In this document: positions 14,986 to 40,329 of the stretch, piece after piece
Layout of the letters: each line of letters opens with the position of its first letter
Position numbering within the stretch: the stretch's first letter is position 1
Assembly (NCBI GenBank): GCA_012295275.1
Contig: CM022675.1
Coordinates: forward strand, 248,001 to 312,000
Length of the DNA: 64,000 nucleotides
From: Chrysomallon squamiferum
Taxonomy: Eukaryota; Animalia; Mollusca
Direction: 5' to 3'
The notes under the pieces: model-generated
Database searches by the model: none
Told to the model about the DNA's origin: nothing
What the model saw: only the letters and a program-made list of their open reading frames with translations
Made by a program: the position numbers and the translations under genes

Positions 14986-15421
14986 TTTTTTCTTGTTATT
15001 ATTTTCAAGTGTCTTATGGTTTTAGTGTTGCTTTGTATGTAAATATCTTAAATTTATTCTTTAATTTTATTTATTTATTAAACCTTTTTTTTTTTTTTTT
15101 CCTTTCTCTTTTTTTTAAATTTAATTTTTATATAATAACTTCTGTTGATCTTGTTTATTGTTCATTTGTTTTTATGTTACTAAGAAATATTAAATTTATA
15201 TATTTTATTTTATTTTATTTTATTTTATTTTATTTTATTTTATTTTACTTTATTTTTATTTAATTTTATTTATTTATTTATTTTTTTATTTTTTTATTTT
15301 TTTCAGAAATGTCGACACAGTTTCAGTGATGGATGTCTACCAAGGTTTGTCGAACTTGAAACAAGCCGACTTCATCACCAACAAAAACATGGGTGTCAGA
15401 GAAGATTCTAATGTCAGTTGA
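242..15421 (+). CDS. YEATS2: YEATS domain-containing protein 2 (ATAC complex acyl-lysine reader), multi-exon, 5' end outside window
   Basis: Exons joined by hand with consistent GT-AG phases: 242-481(or 487), 687-790, 1296-1457, 1919-2030, 6886-6930, 7378-9211, 9895-9971, 10751-10830, 11157-11295, 11933-12145, 12644-12759, 13727-13801, 14759-14823, 15307-15421 (TGA). Motifs: [94 protein letters not shown]-terminal DFITNKNMG, all recognisable as YEATS2-like. One frame break in the large exon. Confidence 0.93.
687..790 (+). CDS. YEATS2: YEATS2 exon, start of YEATS domain (...[16 protein letters not shown])
   Basis: tttag acceptor, gtaag donor; phase matches the next exon. Confidence 0.9.
1296..1457 (+). 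CDS. YEATS2: YEATS2 exon, YEATS domain (HKWMVYVRG...[15 protein letters not shown])
   Basis: ctcag acceptor, gtgat donor; YEATS signature. Confidence 0.95.
1919..2030 (+). CDS. YEATS2: YEATS2 exon, YEATS domain ([22 protein letters not shown])
   Basis: ttcag acceptor, gtaaa donor; GWGEF signature. Confidence 0.95.
2358..6446 (+). mobile_element. Decayed Sola2-like DNA transposon inside a YEATS2 intron
   Basis: Frameshifted transposase fragments: CLCEYCTNV (~4722-4750), [23 protein letters not shown] (~5422-5490), [13 protein letters not shown] (~5561-5600), [13 protein letters not shown] (~5667-5705), [15 protein letters not shown] (~5760-5805). The DF(S/A)ENY / SDGxxxQYK / HGKGxxDG motif set is, from my recall, typical of Sola2. 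Boundaries are tentative (12-bp imperfect inverted match at 2358-2369 and 6435-6446). Confidence 0.7.
6886..6930 (+). CDS. YEATS2: YEATS2 45-nt exon ([15 protein letters not shown])
   Basis: ttcag acceptor, gtaaa donor; conserved end of the YEATS domain. Confidence 0.92.
7378..9211 (+). CDS. YEATS2: YEATS2 large low-complexity exon, split across two frames near 8271-8322
   Basis: Acceptor tctag ends at 7377; ORF 7378-8322 followed by overlapping ORF 8274/8289-9215 in the -1 frame; donor AA|gtaag after 9211 is in phase with the next exon only in the second frame. Confidence 0.8.
9895..9971 (+). CDS. YEATS2: YEATS2 exon ([25 protein letters not shown])
   Basis: ttcag acceptor, gtttgt donor; phase 2 in, phase 1 out, fits both neighbours. 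Confidence 0.8.
10751..10830 (+). CDS. YEATS2: YEATS2 exon ([27 protein letters not shown])
   Basis: ctcag acceptor; conserved WNIGKRRA motif. Confidence 0.9.
11157..11295 (+). CDS. YEATS2: YEATS2 exon ([10 protein letters not shown]...[16 protein letters not shown])
   Basis: tacag acceptor, gtaat donor; WQRA and WCRxHxYxP-type motifs. Confidence 0.9.
11933..12145 (+). CDS. YEATS2: YEATS2 exon (EKLSKSQQ...[10 protein letters not shown])
   Basis: ttcag acceptor, gtgag donor, phase 1-1. Confidence 0.85.
12644..12759 (+). CDS. YEATS2: YEATS2 exon ([11 protein letters not shown]...[10 protein letters not shown])
   Basis: ttcag acceptor, gttac donor. Confidence 0.85.
13338..13705. repeat. ~70-bp intronic tandem repeat, about 5 copies
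   Basis: Unit ttaaattaaatttgaagtattttatcagtgaactggataaactggtgctattttcatattaaatat repeated head to tail. Confidence 0.9.
13727..13801 (+). CDS. YEATS2: YEATS2 exon ([25 protein letters not shown])
   Basis: tttag acceptor, gtaagc donor, 75 nt, phase 0-0. Confidence 0.88.
14759..14823 (+). CDS. YEATS2: YEATS2 exon ([21 protein letters not shown]), histone-fold-like C-terminal region
   Basis: tgcag acceptor, gtaag donor. Confidence 0.88.
15307..15421 (+). CDS. YEATS2: YEATS2 last coding exon (...[17 protein letters not shown])
   Basis: ttcag acceptor; DFxTNKxMG terminal motif; TGA at 15419-15421. Confidence 0.9.
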
Positions 15422-16355
15422 CAGTACTCTGACAATTGTTGACACACACTCTGACATCAACTACAGTTTGACAGCATACTACCTTCAGTTGTCAACAATC
15501 CACTGACAGGATATCAACATCAGTCGACAAGATATATCCATAACTGAATAGCATATCAAAATATGTTGACAGATAATTGATAAACAATTTAAAAGATTGT
15601 CAGTTGTTGACAGAATATCAAAATAAATTCTCAAGCTGTCTGCAACAATTACCGTCTGTTGACATTATGCCAAATACTGATTTTCAAACAGAAAAAAGTT
15701 GACACCTCTCTACAGTGGTTGTATATATCAACAAAAGTGGACAATACCAATATTGGTTGACAGCATACTACAAATGTTTCATGTTATATCAGCAAAAGCT
15801 GGGAGCATTAATATTTACTGACCAAACACTGCTGAATCAACACAAGTTGACAGTTATTTCATTACTGGTTGACTTTAGAAGATACTACATCAACAGTTGT
15901 TGACAGTTCCTGACTGACAGGATACAACAGTGATTTAACATTATATCAACAAAAGCTGACAACTTACATACTCATTGATAAACACCATAGCATCAACATA
16001 ACTTTGACAGTAATATCTATTATTGTTGACAGAATAGTTCAGTAGCTGACATTACATCAAGATAAGTTGACATTACATCTATATTGGCTGACAGCAACAT
16101 TTAATAATAATATATCAATATTGGTTGACAACACACAGTTCTAGCTAACATTACATCAACAAAAGTTGACAGTATCAACATTCTACAACAGTCAAAAAAA
16201 AAAAAAAACTCAGTATTGGTTGACAAACAAAACCTATGGTTAACATTACATTGTAAATGTTGACAGTAACATCATATTGGTTGACAACACGCAACAACTC
16301 TAGTTAACATTACATCAACAAAAGTTGACAATAACTCCAAATTTTGTTGACAACA
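15417..16355 (+). repeat. Degenerate GTTGACA / TCAAC-N4-GTTGA repeat array in the presumed YEATS2 3' UTR
   Basis: About 20 (G)TTGACA-like motifs in ~940 bp, many preceded by TCAAC. Confidence 0.75.
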
Positions 16356-16875
16356 ACAAAAACAAGGTGCACATCACATTCCTAAAGGTCATCAAAAAAA
16401 TAAGATTTTTTTTTTTTTTTTTTTTTTCGTTCTCTTTGACTGTCTTACTGAACAGAGACACTGTCAACTTGATTTTTTTTTATCAGAACATCTTACTTGG
16501 GCAGCTAACATCATTCTCAGTCAAGAGTTAAAACACTGATCTGGAGTTTACTTTGGACTTTTCGACAACGTTTTACAAAGTGTAATTTGAAATATTCATA
16601 GGCAGCTGCAAGTGATACATTTAAGAAAGATTTGTACTGTAATTGTTTTTGTAGTAGTGTTGTCATATACATATAATTTTGTTTGTTTATTTACTTGTTT
16701 ATTTATTTTTATTGTTTCTTATCGTTATTATATTTATTTATCTATTGTTTCTGTTATTATTATTATTATTATTATATATATTATGTATTTAATTATTTTA
16801 TTTATGTATTACTGTTATGAATTTATTGCAATTATTTATGTTTAATTATCTATTTATTATTATTTCATTTATAAG

Positions 16876-16925
<50 letters not shown>

Positions 16926-17156
16926 GTTATTGTTATTATTGATATTGTTCAATTCTTTACCGAATACTCACATATTTTCTGTGGATTATATAATTGTTAA
17001 TTAGTTAATTATCCAATTAAAAAAGGGAGAAAAATGAAGTTAATAAATAAATTAATTTATAAATTCATCAGTACTGTTATTATTTATTTATTTTATTTTA
17101 TTTTATTTTTTTTTTTTTATTATTTTTTTGTTCACAGTGAGACAATTCTAAGAATT

Positions 17157-17187
<31 letters not shown>

Positions 17188-17472
17188 GCCTTAGTAACGC
17201 AGCCCACCTGATTAAAGTGTACGTGAATTTTGAATTTATTTGTTATTTAATAAAACTATTTATTTCACAGTAAATAAATTTACAACTTTATGAATTTCAC
17301 GTGAAAACTGGTACACCAGCAGTAAGCAAAAAATAGCAGAACTTGTTAGAATTTTGTACTTTTACTAAATATTATTTTGCTCAGTCGATCAGAGCAAGTT
17401 TATTTGTTAAAACTATCAATCTATTTGTATAAATATGTTAACAATAAATATCAGTTGTTGAATTTTTGGCTT

Positions 17473-17515
<43 letters not shown>

Positions 17516-17561
17516 TTTCAGTCTATCTCTGTGATATTATTATTGCTGTTATCATCGGTAC

Positions 17562-17632
<71 letters not shown>

Positions 17633-17751
17633 ACGTATGTGAAAATCTCGTAAAATGAGACAAATGAAAGAAATTAGAAAAATCCGTCATGTTGCTTATT
17701 CTGTTTTAATGTTCCCAATTTTATTGTTCTTTTTATTTTTCATATTCAGCT

Positions 17752-21965
<4,214 letters not shown>

Positions 21966-22576
21966 AATGTCCGTCTTTTTTGAACACATTTAAGATATTT
22001 CTAAAATATTATATATTATATTTTGCGTTATATGGAATGAACAATTGGATATAGAGAGAGAGAGAGAGATAGAGAGAGAGAGAGCAAAATAAACCAAATA
22101 TCAAATTTCTTTTAACGAACTCCAATCTAATAACAGAAATGACTAAAAATAATTCCTGTCGTTTTTTGCTACACTGACGTCATCAACATTAACAGCAGTT
22201 CAAGGAAATATTTTCATAAAAAATATTCACAACGGATAAGGAAATATTTTCATAAAAGATATAATAAATAAACAAAATTAGATTAGTGTAATCTATTTTT
22301 TTTTTTTTTCTTTTTTTTTCCACTCATATTTAATCGCATTTACTCTGATTAAAAATGAAAATTAATTCCCTTTGAAAAGTTTAATCGTCTTGGTATTTAT
22401 AACAGTGAATTAACTTCTATTTAAAATCTCTGGATCGAAAACTGACAGGTTTTTTTTATTATTATTATTTTCATTTTATTTATTCTCCTTATTTTTTTAA
22501 TTATTATTTTTTTTTTAGTTATTAATTTTGTTGTTCTAGTTCTGCCATTTAAAGAGTGACTCGAGTGAACCAGGCT

Positions 22577-30982
<8,406 letters not shown>

Positions 30983-32124
30983 CTGCAAAATATCGCATAC
31001 CACTGTATGATACTAAATAATTTAATAATTAAATCTATCAAGGTCCTGAATTTCTAAAATCATGATTAATCGGGTGAAAAAAAAAAAAAAAAAGGAAGAA
31101 AAAAGATACAAGAAAAAAATGTTTTACTTTGACATCCTTGGCGTTTTAGCAGTCTACTGTTAAATGACGTCATAATGTTAAATGATGTCGTACTGGACCG
31201 TATGTATTTTAACAGAATAAACCCGTTGATTCATGGTACATGTTAATCTTTTACATTTAGCAGCAAGTGCGATTTTATATGCACCTACCCATAGACAGCA
31301 ATATACAGTTCATAGCACTTCGTTGGCAATGGTTAGAAAGGGATACGAACAAATAAATGTCGTTTGACACGCAATAAGTGTTATATCAAAATATGTTGAG
31401 ATGATTTTAAATATTCGTTGATTCATTTCATCATTATATAAAACAACAACAAAACAACAACAGTAATAATAATAAAGATGATGATGGTGATAACGAAGGT
31501 GATCATGTATTAACTGTTTTAAATTCCAACGTCTTGATTAATTATTCTATTTTATCGTTACGTAAAAAACCCCAACTAGAATTGCTGAACAAAAATTTGT
31601 GTTGAATCACAAACTGGTTTCATACGCCCAGATAAAACAGATAAAAGTGAACACACCTACAGGCTTAATTGCTTTGTAATCGAGAAACAGAGGTGAATTT
31701 TAACACTGCTCAAACAAGGGAGTAATTGTTTGACGCGATGCTTCATATTGCTTCACATCCTTTCTCCCTGTATATTTTTATACAGTTAAAATACAGAGAG
31801 ACATAAAAGTTCTGAATACATGATTGAGAATTGTAAATGAAACTAGTCAAACTGAACAGAGACTGGTGAAATCGTACGTCGTTAGTGATATTCGTAAATG
31901 TGGAGCGAATACGTAATCTAATTAATGTCGCCAATGCTGAACAGTGCATAGTATGCAAATAAAGTAGCTTACACGTCTTTCTTTCATTCATTTTCTGTGT
32001 CTTTGTTTCCTTCTATTTCTCTTTATCTCGTTTTTCTTTCTCACTCTGTCACTGTTTGTTTCCCTTCCTCCCTCTCTATCTGGCTGTCTTGCTCTTTTCT
32101 ATGTCTTACATATCTTCCTCGCTG

Positions 32125-32206
<82 letters not shown>

Positions 32207-32211
32207 CCTCC

Positions 32212-32285
<74 letters not shown>

Positions 32286-32828
32286 CCCCCTTTATCTCTC
32301 TCCATGAATACAAATTCTAAACAAGATAACATTAGTGGTTCAAAACAAACAACAATTTGTTAAAAAAAAAAAGAAGAAAAAAAAACAGATTTCTTTTCTC
32401 GGCGGTCACATTTCCCGCTGTGTCGAGGGTTGCCTCGCCTAGAGGTGTCAATCCTGGTAGGTAATTATCACGAGCTTTTCACGTTTCAGCAGCAGAGACA
32501 GTGTGTATCTTTCTCGCGAACCAATATTTGCTCTCTTAATTCGTTCAAGGGGTTTAGCTAGTGTGTAGCTTCCGAAAAGCCGAGATGGAACCTTTCATAT
32601 GTAATCCTGTTCCAGTCCCGTTGTTGATGTGTACGCCGGTGATGTCGTCGTGTTTAGAAATCATATATCGTTGTTGGTGATCTGTTATGTCACCTGTTTA
32701 ACAGATTTCTTTTTTTTTTAGGTTTCTTACTGTGCACGTTTTTTTTAGTGTTTGTATGTTCGAAATTGTGTGTATGTATGTATATGTATGTATGTATGTA
32801 TGTATGTGTGTATATGTATGTATGTATG

Positions 32829-32860
<32 letters not shown>

Positions 32861-33465
32861 TGTATGTATGTATGTATGTATGTATGTATGTATGTATGTA
32901 TGTATGTGTCTGTCTTTCTATCTAGCTGTTCATGTGTGCGAATGTACATACAGATATATACATACGTACTTAAATACGTTATTTATAATGATCTCACAAG
33001 TTCTTTTATTTAACACTTATTAAACTAAAAAAAAAAAGAGAAAAAAAGATGTCTTTGTCTGCTATTTCTAGGCCTTTCTGTCAGTATATCAATCCTAATC
33101 CTTCAATTTCACCTGTTTTATTTGATTCAGAACGAAGATAGTAACTCATATTCACAACAATCGGATCAAGCCATAAAAGACAAAATAGATGTTAAGATTA
33201 CATCTGACATAAAATACGTCATTAGTAGATGTGACGTTTCTAAAATATGTCACTGCTCCAGGCCTGTGATATATATATATATATATTAATATTGTACAGG
33301 TCTACCGCCGATAGCTGTTTCTCTGTTTATTAAATATCACAGTGTTTTTTATCTGGTAGATACACTGACTGTTACGTTTCCGTGCACCGCATATTGCCGT
33401 TTTATACAGACTGCAAGTGCTAATAGTTATCAGTGTGTGTATATGTGGCAGATAGACAGATAGAT

Positions 33466-33770
33466 AGTAGTAGTAGTAGTAACAGTAGCAGTAGTAATTG
33501 ATGTTGTTGTAGTACTAGTAGTAGAAGAAGTAGTAGTAGTAACAGTAGCAGTAGTAGTTGATGTTGTTGTAGTACTAGTAGTAGTAGAAGTAGTAGTAGT
33601 AACAGTAGCAGTGGTAGTTGATGTTGTTGTAGTACTAGTAGTAGTACAAGTAGTAGTAGTAACAGTAGCAGTAGTAGTTGATGTTGTTGTAGTACTTGTA
33701 GTAGTAGAAGTAGTAGTAGTACAGTAGCAGTAATACTGGTGGTGATGTTTTTGTACTAGTAGTAGTAGCT
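33466..33770. repeat. 60-bp tandem repeat built from GTA triplets, about 5 copies
   Basis: aacagtagcagtagtagttgatgttgttgtagtactagtagtagtagaagtagtagtagt repeats in register over consecutive 60-nt lines. Confidence 0.92.
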
Positions 33771-34391
33771 ACTTGGTGGTGATTTTGTACTAGTACTACT
33801 ACTTCTAATAGTAGTCGTAGAATAGTAGTGAATAATAGTAGTAGTACTAACAGTGGTATTGTTTGTAATAGTAGTAGTAATAGTGATAGTAATAGTAACA
33901 GTAGTATTGGCAGTTTAATAACAATAGTAGTAGTTTTAGTAGTAGTAGTAATAATAAAAAAATACTAATAATAATAGCAGCAGTAGTAGAACTAAGACAA
34001 AAAGAGTATAACGCAACAAAGAACTACACACAGTATCAGTTTAAAATGTAAAAGTGCATAACTATGTGCGCGCATTCATACACACGTATATACAGACACT
34101 CACACACACACATACACACGCATAGTCAGTACACACATATATTCACACAGAAATTCATTCATACAGAAATAACGTATGTCGTAATTCTTTTTTTTTTATT
34201 CTTGCCAACAATCTGTTTACATGATGTACTGATTTTAAAGGGTAAATTATTTTCGTCATTATCGTCATATGAAAGAGAAATTTTAGAACGAACATAACTT
34301 TCTGACGCAACAGGATTTCTATTACTACCATTACCATTAATAACAACCATTATAAGACGTAAAACACAAAAATAAACCCAAAATATCCTGA

Positions 34392-34532
34392 GGAAAATTC
34401 CCTGCATAATCTCTCCTTAATAGTTTATCGTTCCTGGAGCTTTTTTTTATAAAGGGAAGGTTATTTATTTACCCATTATGTAATGTAAAACTCGGTTAAT
34501 TGCAACGACAGAGAAAAATCGGGGAATTCCCC
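34392..34532. promoter_or_regulatory. Pair of NF-kappaB/Rel consensus sites
   Basis: GGAAAATTCCC at 34392-34402 and perfect palindrome GGGGAATTCCCC at 34521-34532, in a very AT-rich background. Confidence 0.5.
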
Positions 34533-34781
34533 AACCGGTTATTCCTGTTCTATTTATAGCTACAGTAACAACGTACATTTTTACTGGAATTTTTTTTCGT
34601 TTTACATCGCTATTATTTTACAAAATGTGCATTTGTGAATTTAAGCAGAAATTAATTTATTTTTCTGGTTTCATTCTTCTTTACTGTTATTATTGTTTTC
34701 CCTCCAATTTTGGTTTCTTTTAAAAATTATCTTCTTTGATACAATTTGATATGCACGAAGACCTCATGTAATTTCAAATTA

Positions 34782-34842
<61 letters not shown>

Positions 34843-34859
34843 CCCTATGTTGTAAAATA

Positions 34860-35110
34860 TTTTCTAACAACGGAAATAAACCCTTCAGCAAAATTCCCTA
34901 AATTCACCCAAATAGAAAACGAACGACACCAGGAAAAGGAAAACAAAAATGGTTGTTTCTAGATTAGCGAGATTTGTCGCGTCATTTACCTGTCACTGTC
35001 ACGTGACCATTTTCCTGGAATAACATTTATTTAAAAAAAAAAAAAAAAAAGTATATCTCATGCGGACTCAGAAAAGGTAAAATCCCACACGGAAACGAGA
35101 ATGTATCTTT
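34860..35110 (-). repeat. Inverted, diverged copy of part of the 1.3-kb macro-repeat unit
   Basis: aaataaacccttcagcaaaa (~34875) and aaaatcccacacggaaacga (~35079) are reverse complements of motifs at ~18425 and ~18191. Confidence 0.8.
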
Positions 35111-35148
35111 TACAATAAACTGAGTGTATGTCAAATCATCATGAAGCT

Positions 35149-35187
<39 letters not shown>

Positions 35188-35239
35188 TACATATACAAAT
35201 ATAGACGTATCTGTATCTACTTCTCTCTATCTATATGTG

Positions 35240-35344
<105 letters not shown>

Positions 35345-35617
35345 GAATACGAATTTTAAAATGAAAAACGGAAATGCATATTAATAATACAAATATATTA
35401 TTTATTCATTTAATTATTGATTTCTATGGATCTTCCTAATCACAAATTTAACTAATTTATTTTTAGGGGGGAATAATAAAAAAGAATGAAATAACCAACA
35501 TTCTTAAATTATAATTATTCGAAAATCAACAGTATTGTCTTAATTTATAGACAGCACGCTCATTATGATCCACAAGCCGTGAAAAATAAATAATAAATAA
35601 ATAAATAAATAAATAAA

Positions 35618-35667
<50 letters not shown>

Positions 35668-36387
35668 AAATAAAGAAATAAATAATAAATAAATAGATAA
35701 ATAAATAAATAATAAATAAATAGATAAATAAATAAATAAATAATAAATAAATAAATAAATAAATGATACCAAAAATAAACGCAGAACTTTAATTCCAGGG
35801 TTTCTACGCAATCGATTCTCACGACTGGTAAAATAAGTTTCATGTGTTTGCGGTCATGTCCGGGAATCCACGGAGATTAGCGAGGTAACGCTGTATTCGA
35901 TTCGGAACTCATGAGCGCTGTGTTGCACCCGACACGAATACGGGGTAAACCAAGGTACGATATCGGACGAGTAAACAAACTGTACGCTGTGTGCGTGTCA
36001 ACAGAGGTCAGATGACGTGTATAACAAGTCTGTTGGTAAACATGTTGTGTACGTTTGTCGGTGGATTCTCCCGTTACGTTAACAGATGTGTTATCTTCGC
36101 TGTTTAGTTACTAATCTGTTTCTCTCTTTGTTTGTGTATTTGTTTATTTTGTGTCTTTATTTATTTATTTATTTATTTGTTTATTTATTTAATTATTTGT
36201 TTTTTAGTTGTTTTTTTTTTTTTTGTGTGTTTGTTTGTTCTATTTACTTATTGATTTTTATTCACTAATTTCTTAGTGTCACGTGATATTGTTAAATAAA
36301 TTAATAAATAAATCGATCTACGTGACACATCTATCCCCAAAAAGAAATTCTAAAACAAAACAAAAGAACCAAAATCAAACACACACA

Positions 36388-36433
<46 letters not shown>

Positions 36434-37751
36434 AAGACACACACACACAAAAAAAAAGAAGCGAAAACGGGCAAAAGAAAACAAAAGATACAAAACAAAA
36501 AGAACAAATCAACAACAAACACCAAACAGCCACAAAACAAACAAACAAGCCCGAAATGAAACGTGATCTATCTATCTATATATATATATATATATTTTAA
36601 TATGTACGTTACATCAAAGTGAGACATTTTTGCAGCCTTACAATGAAAACTTTCAGAATTTGACAACTGCCATTTCAATTTTTGTTTTTTGTTTTTTTCT
36701 CCAAGTTAACGAATATGGGTTTAGGAACCGATGCAACTGCATCACTGTGTGATAAATTTATAATATGAACGATAACGTCAAATACCCATTCTATGCATAT
36801 TCATGACTTGCGTAACAGAGTATTGACACTACTGACTATCTGTCATCTAAGTTCGTTATGACCTGGGTTCAGCACTTCAGTGTGACATAAGCAAGATATA
36901 TGTGTGAGCTAGATCGATGTATTTACCTTGATGCGAAAAAACCCCAATCAATATGAGTTCCGCTAACACAGAATTTTTATTTGATTAAGTGATTGATTGA
37001 TATTAATATCTGACCTGTATCTTCTAGAAGTGTGTAAAGTTACTGCACCTTTTACAGCCTAAAGCCTTGGAATGTATAGTCATACGAATGTAAATTAGTA
37101 CGTAGATAAGAATGCATATATCTGTATGTCAGCTTGTATGCCTGTCTCTCTGTATGTATGTATGTATGTATGTATGTATGTATGTATGTATGTATGTATG
37201 TATGTATGTATGTATGTATGTATGTATGTATGTATGTATGTATATATTTATTTTTTCTCTGTGTATAAAACGACAAAACAGTCGACACTAACGACTTTTG
37301 ACTCTGTTTCAGGATATTGACTGCTAAAAGTTACCAGATGTATTGAGGAGAACAGCTGGCGTGAAACGTTACTTTCATAACAGTGTGTCAATAACGACTG
37401 ATTTTAACAGCTTAACAAGATAACCAAGTGGTTTTATAATCATTAAGTAGGCGATTTGTTTGTGTATCGAAGTGTATTTCAGTTATCTTCACTAAGAGAT
37501 TGAAGGAATTTGGACAAAGCGAGATTTTCGTAACATCTTTAATTGCTATTTTCAGTCAACAAAGTTATCTGTCTCTTTGTCTATCTATCTGGTTTTATAT
37601 CTATCTACCTATCTGTCTGTCTATCTGTCTGTCTGCCTATCTATTTACCTATCTATTTGGACGTATTTATATTTTCTATATGTCTGTCTGTCTATTTTCT
37701 ATCTACAAACCTATCTATCTTTACCTATCTATCTACCTATCTATCTACCTA

Positions 37752-37804
<53 letters not shown>

Positions 37805-37949
37805 GGATTGTACTTGGTCGTTCTTGTGTTCAGTAATTAACGGTAAACTACGCTATACAATATTTTAGACAGGAAGAGTAACACACACATAATTTAACCT
37901 TTGACATTTAAATCAATTTAGTAGTCCACATTCCCAAACTCACTAAAGG

Positions 37950-38021
<72 letters not shown>

Positions 38022-38544
38022 TCACCCACATGCATAATTATGCAAACGCCAGTCTGCATATACCACCCAACTACAGACACCCACACAGTTCATCTCACCC
38101 ACCAACAACAACCCCCCCGCTAAACACATACCCAATTTGTCAATGAACCGAAAGAGTTAAAAATGTGAAGCTACGCAACTCTGAACAAGAAAAAGCCTGT
38201 CGCTAGATGTGACAGAATACAGACGCACGGACGCGGATACTGCATACCAATTAATTCCAGTAAACAAAATGCTGCGAATATTTGTCGAGATTTTTTGCCT
38301 TGTTTAAACGAGTGCGTTACAGCACTGCAGTGTTTATCGTGCAGGTTGCAGGTGAGATATGAAAGAACGTAGACGCTACGGGAGTTAGTTTTATCTTGGT
38401 GTGTAAATATTATGCAAATGTCGGCGACACACTGAATGGGACCCGGATGAACTGATTTTAATCTTTGGTGTTACACAAATAGTACCAGCGAAAACAAAAC
38501 GTTCGAGGACTGAGCATGAAAATTAAATAATAATAATAATAAAA

Positions 38545-38579
<35 letters not shown>

Positions 38580-39446
38580 AAATAAAATGAAATGATGTAA
38601 AATTTGCTGAACGAGTGATATCAACAGCAATAAAATTACTAACATCGAGAACGACTATATCAGAAACGTGCATACCAACGATGTAAATAATAACGGCAGC
38701 AACAACTACACCAACCACAGCGACAGTGTCAAGATTATAAGAACAACACTGATAATACTAAAAAAAAAAAAATATATACTACAAAATAAAATATAATAAA
38801 AACAAACAAACATTCCCCCAAAATTATATAAGCAGCGATAATAATAACAACAGTTTAACCGATAAAATCAGTTAAAACTAAGAGTAACAGTACAGAAACA
38901 TAATAATACAAAAGTCGTCAATAATAATAGGAATTATTTTTAGAAAAATCATTAAAACGTTTTTTTTTTTCTATAATGTATTAACATGAAAATTTTATTA
39001 AACCGCTGTTATTTTTCATCGAATCATAAAAAAGTCACCAACGTGAAGGCGGGTGATAACATTCGAAATTTATTCTATTAACTAACGATCCAAATATATT
39101 TTATATTTCATCATTAAACTTAATAATATATATTTAATAACTGCAATAAAAAGAAAAGTCATAAAAACATACCTTTCCCATCCATAAACTTAATGTTTGA
39201 TGCATATATTCAACATATTATATATTTGAATAATATATATTTTACATATTATATATTTAAATATTATATTATTTAAATAATATTTATTGAAATATTGTGA
39301 ACAAAAAGTAGGCAAGCCACATAATTATAAATCTTATGAACTAGACATTTTGAAGATGTATATACAAACTGACAGACAAACAGAAATATACACAAGACGA
39401 AAAAGAAGGAGACTGACACACGTACGAAGGTAAATTACTCGATTTG

Positions 39447-39533
<87 letters not shown>

Positions 39534-39892
39534 AATAATAATAATAATAAATACGAAAAAGGAAAACAAGAAGAAACGAAAGAAAAAGTTCACCTGTTTT
39601 TTTTTAAATTCATGTTTCTCACGTAGTGAAATTTCTGAAAGGAACTTTTCTTCTTCGTGTAAAACACTTGTATTTCGCTGAAATGCCCGAATTAATAAGT
39701 GGTTTGTTTGTGCCAAAACGAATTTAAATCGAATTTACGTGAAGATTAAAGGAGTTTGAACTAACCAGCAGCTTTGTAACATGTGAAGATTATAACAACT
39801 CGTGTTTTCTAGAAATTTGTTTTTAATATGCTCCACAAGAGGAAAGAGAAACTGCACGTAAAAGTTAAATTACGTTACGTAATTATAATGAT

Positions 39893-39974
<82 letters not shown>

Positions 39975-40289
39975 ACAATATATATAAATCCCGGTTGTCA
40001 ATACGGGATCTATAAACCTAATGATTTGTTTCTTTCTGTAGAAACACTTGAGTAAATTATTAACCAGTTTAACGACTGCATCAGCTGCTGTTTTATTGGC
40101 GTCTTCTTTCGAAGTCGATCAGTTTCATTAAACAACGCATGTTTATTAAAAATATATTGGAAGACGGAATGATTTTTTTGGCCATTCTAAAATGATTTTA
40201 TTTGAAGAGTAATGAAACTGTATTGGTAAACCGTACATAACAATGAGATTTAAAAATAATAATAATAAAAAAAAAAAAAAAAAAAAAAA

Positions 40290-40329
<40 letters not shown>

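Noticed and set aside
31255-31345. Possible decayed SINE fragment (ttagcagcaag...tttatatgcacc...cccatagacag)
   Set aside because: Resembles a gastropod repeat only from memory; single copy here and no visible A/B boxes, so unsupported without a database search.
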